Shown one piece after another: positions 57,403 to 64,000 of a stretch of 64,000 nt of DNA. The DNA is from a virus: IMG/VR virus record IMGVR_UViG_3300008267_000027, positions 1 to 64,000 of that record, one strand, 5' to 3'. The stretch's first letter is position 1. Every line of letters begins with the position of its first letter. A program made the translations under genes and the position numbers. Under the pieces are notes generated by a model. That model made no database searches. It had not been told where the DNA came from and saw nothing but the letters and a program-made list of their open reading frames with translations.

Positions 57403-60400
57403 ATGAGTTGTCAAGTAATTAGAAATACAGATACTAATGAGATTGAAAAAGTGTTGGCTCCTAATGGTAAGGAGTCAATGCTATATAAAGATATCAATAA
57501 ATATATTACTAGTAAAGAAGAAGCACTTCTTGCTTACGCTCAGATATATACACCAAGTTTTAAAGAATGGTTTGGTGATTGGGAAGGTAAAGAAGAATCT
57601 AAATCTGATCTTTTACTAAATGCGTATAATAATGTAGACATTAGTAATGCAGAAAAAGATGACTATAAAATAGTAATTAATGATAATCTTTATCTTGATA
57701 ACTCTGAAGGTAAAGATTCTTATTATGGATACTGGATGCCTATAATGTCAGATGGTGAAGATATAGGTAGAATAAGATTTGAACAAAAATTAAATGTTAT
57801 TGAAAAGGAAGGTAAACCTGTAAAAACATTTAGTCCAAATATACAAATTTATGATAAAAGTAATCAAGGAAAAGGTATAGGTTCAAAAGTACATCTTGCA
57901 CTTTATAAGTATGTAAAATCTATACACCCTAATGTACCTTTTGTATCAGATGTTCAAAATACAGTAGCTGAAATGGCTTTACTAAAATCTTTTGAAAGAG
58001 AAGGAATAGTTAAGCAAATAAATCCTATTGGTGAAATTAGTGAAAAATATGGTAACTACTCTGTAGAAAATGCTCCATTTATATTTAATGATGAGTATTT
58101 TAAAAAAGAAACTAAAGAAACATCTGGTATATCACAAGTAGTAGATGAAAATGGTGAACCTAAACTTGTATTTCATTGGAGTCCTGTTCAAGGTATTGAA
58201 AGGTTTAATCTTGCAGGTATAGGGTCACACTTTGGAACCTTTGAGGCAGCTGATCAAGTGAATGAAGCTAAGTCTAAAACTAAGTTTACACTCGTTGATG
58301 AAGAGATGGGTACAGAGGAAGAAGTAGAAATTAAATCTGAACCTGGAGAATTTTACCCAGCATTCTTAAATCTCAGAAATATGTCTGAGATTACAGATAA
58401 GGGTCAACATACAGAAGAAAAAGATGGTCCTGAAGCAAAAACTTTATTAGATGAAGGTTATGATGGGTTCTTTTATACTAATCAGTATGAGGATATTGGA
58501 TCTACTTCTTATGTAGCTACTGAAGAATCTCAAATTAAATCTTTATATAATAAAGGTGCTTTCTCAAAAGAGTCTGGTAATATATACGCTAATGTAGAAC
58601 CTAACGGACAACTTAATGACCCTGTTACAGCTGCTGCTATAAAAGAATTACAAGATAAAGGTTTTTTATCTCAGACAGCAGATGGTAGAAGTGGGGCATA
58701 CTATATATCTAAACCTGGGTCTACAACAACTAAAACAGCTGACCTAATTGATGAGATAACAGAAATAGAAAGCTTATTAGAATCTAAGAACATTGAGTAT
58801 AAAAGAATAGGAGATACTATTAGGATATATGGTCTACCTAGGTATAATTATTCTTATAGTTTTGTAAGTTTAGATACAGAAGAAGATCAGATAAACAATA
58901 TAGATGATCTTAAAAAAGAATTAGGGATTAGTGGTAAATCACTTTCTGTAGCAGAATTTAAAGATGTTAACAGAAGTGTTAAAGCTTTTAATGAACAAAA
59001 AGATACAAATTATCTTATAGTATCCGATCAAAATACAGATGGTACAATTACTATTAGGAATATTGTAGAGGATAAAACATTAAATAGAAGCACTCTATCT
59101 GTGACACAAGAGTTGATGGATAGACTCCAGGCATTGTTTCCTGAGATTAAAGTGCAGTATATAAATCAAAATGAAATAAGTAAATATACTAATGGAAGGT
59201 TTACTAATAACGATCCTAGTCTAAACTCTTTTGTTAAAAATGGAGTAGTATATTTAATTAAAGATAGATTTACAGGAGATATTGTAGTTGAAGAATTCTT
59301 ACATCCTTTTGTATCATCTCTTATTGCAGATAATCCACAGCTTGCTGATTCTTTATATTCAGAAATATCTAATAAATATTCTGATATAATAGACATGGTT
59401 GAAGACACCTATGTTGATGGTTTAGGATTTACAGAAGAAGACCGTAGAAATGAAATCATAACTAAAGGTTTACAAAGAGCTTTTTCTGAAAGGCTCCATA
59501 AATCCTTCAAGTCTAAAGATAGGACTATGAAAGATTTGATTGAAACCTTTATGGATTGGGTTAGAGATTTAATTAGAACTATAACTGGTAGAAAGAAATT
59601 GTACACAGGGGAACTGTCTACAAAAATGTCTGTTGATGATATTATTAATATGTTGGATAGTAATATTCAGATAAAACTAGGAAATCTAAATCCTAATGTG
59701 TATGCCAATCTATCTCAAGAGAAAATTGATATTTTAAATTATTTAGTAAAGAATGCTACAGCAGAACAAAAACAGATTGTAGAAGCTTTATTTGATAATG
59801 GTATTGTTCATGATGAAGTGGACCACACTTATCAAAAAGTTATACTAGATGAGAACGGTGATATAGAAGAAGTAATAGATTATACATCTATGACAACTGC
59901 TATAAAAGGTCCATTTGAAGATACTGCGTATGAACTTAATAGAGATATTGGTACTGAGTTTGACTTCATAATGAACTCTGTAGTTATGGGTGAAGACTTT
60001 AATGTTATTCAACCTCAACTTAAAGTTGTTAATGAAGAAACTGCAGCTAAGTTCTATGACATGATTTCAAATGTTATAGTTGGTTTAAAATCATCAGGAG
60101 CTATTGTTGTTCCTCAAATAGTGGTTGGTTCAGATGCAGATGCTATTGCAGGTAAACTGGATTTACTTATTGTAGAGCCATCTGGTAAGATGAGAATTAT
60201 TGACTTAAAAACCAGTGCTACCAATGACGTTAAAAATAACCCTAAAAAGTATAATAAAAAGTATGAGATAGACAATGAACAGTCTATGTTAAATGGAGAA
60301 AATCTATCTAACAGAGACCTTCATGGTTTACAGCAACAGGGTTATAAAAGAATGATAGAGCTTGATGCTAGACTGACTGAATATGAAGTGGAGAGTGTTA

Positions 60401-63400
60401 AAACATTGCATTATAGATTTGAGATTAATGATGGTAAAGCTGTTAATATAATATATGATGATTTAGTAGATCATACAGATGGTCATTATGATGAATTGTT
60501 AAATAAAATTATTCCATCCCAACCTTTAGAAAGAAGTACAGGTCTTTCTTCTAGTCTTTCTGCAGAAGCTGCAAAACCTGAAAATAAAGAAACAGTTAGA
60601 GAAATAAGAGACTTGGTAAAAGATGCTTCTAACATGCTTCAAAAAAGAAGAGAGTTTTACCAAAAAATAAATGAGACTTCTAAAGGTAAGTTTATTGTTA
60701 GTAAAGAATATTTAACAGCATTAGATGAAATAATTGCTACTATTAATGAAGCGGTTTTAACTGGAAAACCATCCTCTGCATACTATCAATTAGTTAAATA
60801 TATCAATCAGGATGTCAAAGATAAGTCTAGAACTATTGGGCAGATGACTGATCGATCTGAAAGTCTTCAGTTTATGTTAGAGGCGGAAAAAGACCTTATG
60901 ACATATAAAGATCTATTACTACCTCCTAAATTATATTTAAATAATAAAGTGATTGATAAGCTTGCAAAAGATTCATTAAACACTATACAGCAAACTTTAG
61001 ATCTAATAGATAATCAAGTTCAACAGTTTACAGTAGATTTCGTTGCTAATAATACTAGTAGAAACTTAACAAGAGAGGAAGTAGAAGGTATTATAAAAGA
61101 AGCAGAGGATATTAGCATGCACCAAAGTTTATTTGGTGATCTTTCAACCAGTTCTGATACTATGCTATCAGTTTTAGATAAAGTTTATAAAAGAAAGCGT
61201 CAAGAAGTAATTGACTTTGTACAGAAGTTAGAAATTGAAATTAAAACTGCAGGTAATAAACTAGCATCTTTAACCACTGATAAAGATAAGATGTATGACT
61301 TTATGATTGGTACTGATGATCAAGGTAATCCTACAGGTTACACTGTAGATAAAATAGGAAAACAGTATTGGTCAAAGAAGAGAGAAATAAAAAATAAACT
61401 TATTGATCCTGAAACTAAACTTAGATATAAATATAGAGATGTAAGAAATCCTAAAACAGCATCAAAAGAAGATATAGAATTCAATATGAATTTGAAAAAA
61501 CTTAGAGATGAAGAAGCTGAGTTTAACAAAAAAGAATATTTAAATGCAAACGGTGAGCTAGTTGATGGTCCATATCATAAATATACACAAGAGTTTAAAG
61601 AAGCTAGAGCTAAAGTAATGAGACTTAAGATACGTAAAAACTCTTCTGGTGAAGCTACTGGTTTTGAATGGATACCTAAAAATGCTGAGTCAAAAGAATT
61701 TAAAGATTTTGAAAGAAAGTATTATAGTCAAGAGACCACTTATCTATCACCAAAATATGAGTATGATAAAGCATCAAAAACATATATATTTAAAGGTAGA
61801 ACAGAAGAGGCGTCTGGTAGATTTGTTAAGTCTGAATATGTAGAAGTTAGAGAAATTGCTGAGAATGGTGAGGATATGCGTGATGAAAAGTATGTAAATA
61901 TAATGAATGATAACTCTGAACTAGGAATAGCTAGAAGAGAATATTATCAAACTTGGAAAAGATTATATGGTGAACTTTTAGAAAAACTTCCTGATGGTGT
62001 AAAGATGAAAACTAGATTACCTGTTATATCTTCTGGAATGATTGCTAAAGCAAAGAAGATGGGAGGAGGTTCTAACTATTTTAAAAGTATTTTAAAAGGT
62101 GTTGGTAGGTCAATTAATCCGTTCTCTAAATCTACATTCCATCATTCTGTTATACTTGATGAAGATGGTAATGTTGTAAGTAATATCCCTGTCTTCTATA
62201 CAAGTGATTTAAAAAGTGAGTATGTTATAGATAAGGTTAAAGAAAAGATAAGAAACTTAAATGAGAGGTGGGCTAAAAAACTACCAGATGATGATGGTAG
62301 TATTTTAACTTATGATGAGTATAGACAAAAACTTGACAAGCTTACTAAATCATTAAAGATAGAACAAGGTAAAACATCAGCTAGTGAAATCAGTACTGAA
62401 ATGACTAACAATCTTGTTCAGTTTGCTGAGATGGCTGAAAACTTCCAGGTGATGAGTGCATTTGAGTCTACTGTTATTAGCGTACTAAGAACATTAAAAA
62501 ATAGAAAAGTTACAAAAAGAGATCCAGAAGGTAATTTTATAACAAATAGTTTAGATAAAGCTACTGCTAAGTTTAGAGGTGATGACTCATTAACAGAACA
62601 AAGACTTAGAAAATGGATGGATATGGTGCTCTACAACTCTAAAAATCCATATAGAAGTAGAATGGGTAACTTTGTTGCAAAGGTTAAACTGTTGATGTCT
62701 ATTAAAGGTGTGGGATTAAACCCTTTTGGTCAGCTTAATAACCTAAAAATGGGTAATATTAACAATATGGCTGAAGCTGCTGGGGGTACAATATACAATA
62801 AGAATGATTATAAAAAAGCTGTAAAGGCTTTTACTGTTGATTATCTACCTGCATTTTTATCTGCTAAAAAAGATTATATACTATCTAGAGGTAAAGATAA
62901 AAATGGAGACTATTACAGTATGCCTAAAAGTCTTACCAAATATGATGCGTTAGCTAATAAGTATAGAATGATGAGAGCTATGCAGAGTAAAGATGGTATT
63001 GAAGGGTATGAAGGTAAGACAATGGATATATTATTTATGATGCAGCATGGTGCTGAATTTTCTGTACAGACTAAGTCTGGAATAGCAATATTAAATAATA
63101 AAACATTTACTAATAAAGTTACTGGAGAAAAGATTAGTATATACGATGCTCACTCTTTTGATCAAAAAACAGGCGAGCTGTACTTAGATCCATCTTTATA
63201 TGAAGAGACAGATCAAGATAGATATGATATGACTAATCTTATTTATGAAACCAATAAGCGTTTACATGGTAACTACGCATGGGAAGATAGAATGGTTATT
63301 CAACAAAATCTCATAGGGGAGTTGGTAGCTCAGTTTCATAAGTGGGTGTATCCTTATTGGAGAAGATTCTGGGGTAAAGCATATCATGATGAAAATTTAG

Positions 63401-63993
63401 GTGAAACAGAAGGTATATTTAATTCATTCTATAAGCTTAACAAAGCAGTATATGATATGACCAAATTAGAAGGAGGCTTTTGGAAAGGTATTACTAAGAA
63501 AAAAACATTTACAGAAGCATGGGCGACTATGAGTGATTATCAAAAGGCTAATATGTCAAGATTGTTAGGATATATGGCATTTTATATGTTATCATTATTA
63601 ATGAAGCATTTGTGGAGCTTGCTTGCAGATGAACTTGCTGATGATGATACAGGTGAAGATCATCCAATAACTACTAAACTTGTTAACTTCATGGTGTATT
63701 TAGATGATAGAACTATGAGTGAGATATCAGTTGCTATTAACCCAACAGAGGTTGGTCAGTTCATCAAAAACCCAGTAGCTATTGTAGGTTTTGTAGGGGA
63801 TGTTTGGGATGCTCTTAGTGAAAGTGCTCACTTTATATTACCTCCTTATGGAGAAGAAGATGAGGTGTTCCAAAGAGGTGTTAATAAAGGAGAGTATAAA
63901 TGGAGAAAAGAGTGGGGAGATGTACTACCTTTCTTCAGCACTATTAATAAATGGGACAGTTTTGAAGAACTTAAAGATTTCTATATTAAATAA
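57403..63993 (+). CDS. Large polyvalent virion protein (ART-like, GNAT-like, degenerate zincin, PD-(D/E)xK nuclease)
   Basis: FKEWFGDWE...VVDENGEP.LVFH...GYDG...QIKS; QGKGIG; VEEFLHP; AGKLDLL...IIDLKTS...LQ..GY. Confidence 0.7.
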   Translation: MSCQVIRNTDTNEIEKVLAPNGKESMLYKDINKYITSKEEALLAYAQIYTPSFKEWFGDWEGKEESKSDLLLNAYNNVDISNAEKDDYKIVINDNLYLDNSEGKDSYYGYWMPIMSDGEDIGRIRFEQKLNVIEKEGKPVKTFSPNIQIYDKSNQGKGIGSKVHLALYKYVKSIHPNVPFVSDVQNTVAEMALLKSFEREGIVKQINPIGEISEKYGNYSVENAPFIFNDEYFKKETKETSGISQVVDENGEPKLVFHWSPVQGIERFNLAGIGSHFGTFEAADQVNEAKSKTKFTLVDEEMGTEEEVEIKSEPGEFYPAFLNLRNMSEITDKGQHTEEKDGPEAKTLLDEGYDGFFYTNQYEDIGSTSYVATEESQIKSLYNKGAFSKESGNIYANVEPNGQLNDPVTAAAIKELQDKGFLSQTADGRSGAYYISKPGSTTTKTADLIDEITEIESLLESKNIEYKRIGDTIRIYGLPRYNYSYSFVSLDTEEDQINNIDDLKKELGISGKSLSVAEFKDVNRSVKAFNEQKDTNYLIVSDQNTDGTITIRNIVEDKTLNRSTLSVTQELMDRLQALFPEIKVQYINQNEISKYTNGRFTNNDPSLNSFVKNGVVYLIKDRFTGDIVVEEFLHPFVSSLIADNPQLADSLYSEISNKYSDIIDMVEDTYVDGLGFTEEDRRNEIITKGLQRAFSERLHKSFKSKDRTMKDLIETFMDWVRDLIRTITGRKKLYTGELSTKMSVDDIINMLDSNIQIKLGNLNPNVYANLSQEKIDILNYLVKNATAEQKQIVEALFDNGIVHDEVDHTYQKVILDENGDIEEVIDYTSMTTAIKGPFEDTAYELNRDIGTEFDFIMNSVVMGEDFNVIQPQLKVVNEETAAKFYDMISNVIVGLKSSGAIVVPQIVVGSDADAIAGKLDLLIVEPSGKMRIIDLKTSATNDVKNNPKKYNKKYEIDNEQSMLNGENLSNRDLHGLQQQGYKRMIELDARLTEYEVESVKTLHYRFEINDGKAVNIIYDDLVDHTDGHYDELLNKIIPSQPLERSTGLSSSLSAEAAKPENKETVREIRDLVKDASNMLQKRREFYQKINETSKGKFIVSKEYLTALDEIIATINEAVLTGKPSSAYYQLVKYINQDVKDKSRTIGQMTDRSESLQFMLEAEKDLMTYKDLLLPPKLYLNNKVIDKLAKDSLNTIQQTLDLIDNQVQQFTVDFVANNTSRNLTREEVEGIIKEAEDISMHQSLFGDLSTSSDTMLSVLDKVYKRKRQEVIDFVQKLEIEIKTAGNKLASLTTDKDKMYDFMIGTDDQGNPTGYTVDKIGKQYWSKKREIKNKLIDPETKLRYKYRDVRNPKTASKEDIEFNMNLKKLRDEEAEFNKKEYLNANGELVDGPYHKYTQEFKEARAKVMRLKIRKNSSGEATGFEWIPKNAESKEFKDFERKYYSQETTYLSPKYEYDKASKTYIFKGRTEEASGRFVKSEYVEVREIAENGEDMRDEKYVNIMNDNSELGIARREYYQTWKRLYGELLEKLPDGVKMKTRLPVISSGMIAKAKKMGGGSNYFKSILKGVGRSINPFSKSTFHHSVILDEDGNVVSNIPVFYTSDLKSEYVIDKVKEKIRNLNERWAKKLPDDDGSILTYDEYRQKLDKLTKSLKIEQGKTSASEISTEMTNNLVQFAEMAENFQVMSAFESTVISVLRTLKNRKVTKRDPEGNFITNSLDKATAKFRGDDSLTEQRLRKWMDMVLYNSKNPYRSRMGNFVAKVKLLMSIKGVGLNPFGQLNNLKMGNINNMAEAAGGTIYNKNDYKKAVKAFTVDYLPAFLSAKKDYILSRGKDKNGDYYSMPKSLTKYDALANKYRMMRAMQSKDGIEGYEGKTMDILFMMQHGAEFSVQTKSGIAILNNKTFTNKVTGEKISIYDAHSFDQKTGELYLDPSLYEETDQDRYDMTNLIYETNKRLHGNYAWEDRMVIQQNLIGELVAQFHKWVYPYWRRFWGKAYHDENLGETEGIFNSFYKLNKAVYDMTKLEGGFWKGITKKKTFTEAWATMSDYQKANMSRLLGYMAFYMLSLLMKHLWSLLADELADDDTGEDHPITTKLVNFMVYLDDRTMSEISVAINPTEVGQFIKNPVAIVGFVGDVWDALSESAHFILPPYGEEDEVFQRGVNKGEYKWRKEWGDVLPFFSTINKWDSFEELKDFYIK

Positions 63994-64000
63994 AGAAAGG

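Larger units (their letters stand above)
1..64000 (+). mobile_element. crAss-like (Crassvirales-type) Bacteroidota phage, virion structural/cargo module
   Basis: Dense single-strand gene order (capsid, rings, auxiliary capsid, HU/IHF-like, rings, muzzle, cargo, giant RNAP with DxDxD); Bacteroidota-type lipoprotein and promoter motifs; no host housekeeping genes. Confidence 0.85.

Noticed and set aside
1396-61843. Minus-strand ORFs and short nested + strand ORFs in the track, including the poly-Val ORFs
   Set aside because: They overlap longer + strand genes or fall opposite the small + strand genes; poly-Val is simply the antisense reading of poly-Thr codons
1-64000. Stop-codon reassignment (TAG or TGA), known in some crAss-like phages
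   Set aside because: Very long ORFs are intact in the standard code, and TAG (32128-32130) and TGA (7118-7120) appear to serve as real stops; the single TGA at 8840 is better explained by a frameshift

Overview
An AT-rich 64 kb segment of a large Bacteroidota-infecting phage, most consistent with a crAss-like (Crassvirales-type) virion module. All credible genes lie on the + strand and read intact in the standard code. Gene order: end of the major capsid gene; small Lys-rich proteins, a small lipoprotein and a Dps-like protein; ring and auxiliary-capsid genes; a ~10 kb block of Cys-rich proteins with poly-Thr (mucin-like) tracts, directly followed by two glycosyltransferase genes; a metallophosphoesterase and an HU/IHF-like gene; ring proteins and a muzzle-type protein; ejected cargo proteins with peptidoglycan hydrolase domains; a 5174-aa virion RNA polymerase protein (GADNDVDK motif); and a 2196-aa polyvalent protein. 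The best candidate for a new system is phage-encoded mucin-type O-glycosylation of virion fibres: Thr-tract substrates, a GT95/GT96-like peptidyl glycosyltransferase, and a lectin-GT-GT enzyme. Other signals: a hairpin loop complementary to recurring A/C-rich gene leaders, a tRNA-like element lacking a D-arm, a fixed-spacing promoter motif with an upstream palindrome, an xxGG motif shared by predicted capsid-internal proteins, and complementary terminal motifs between consecutive cargo proteins. All family assignments come from motif recognition by eye; no database search was run.
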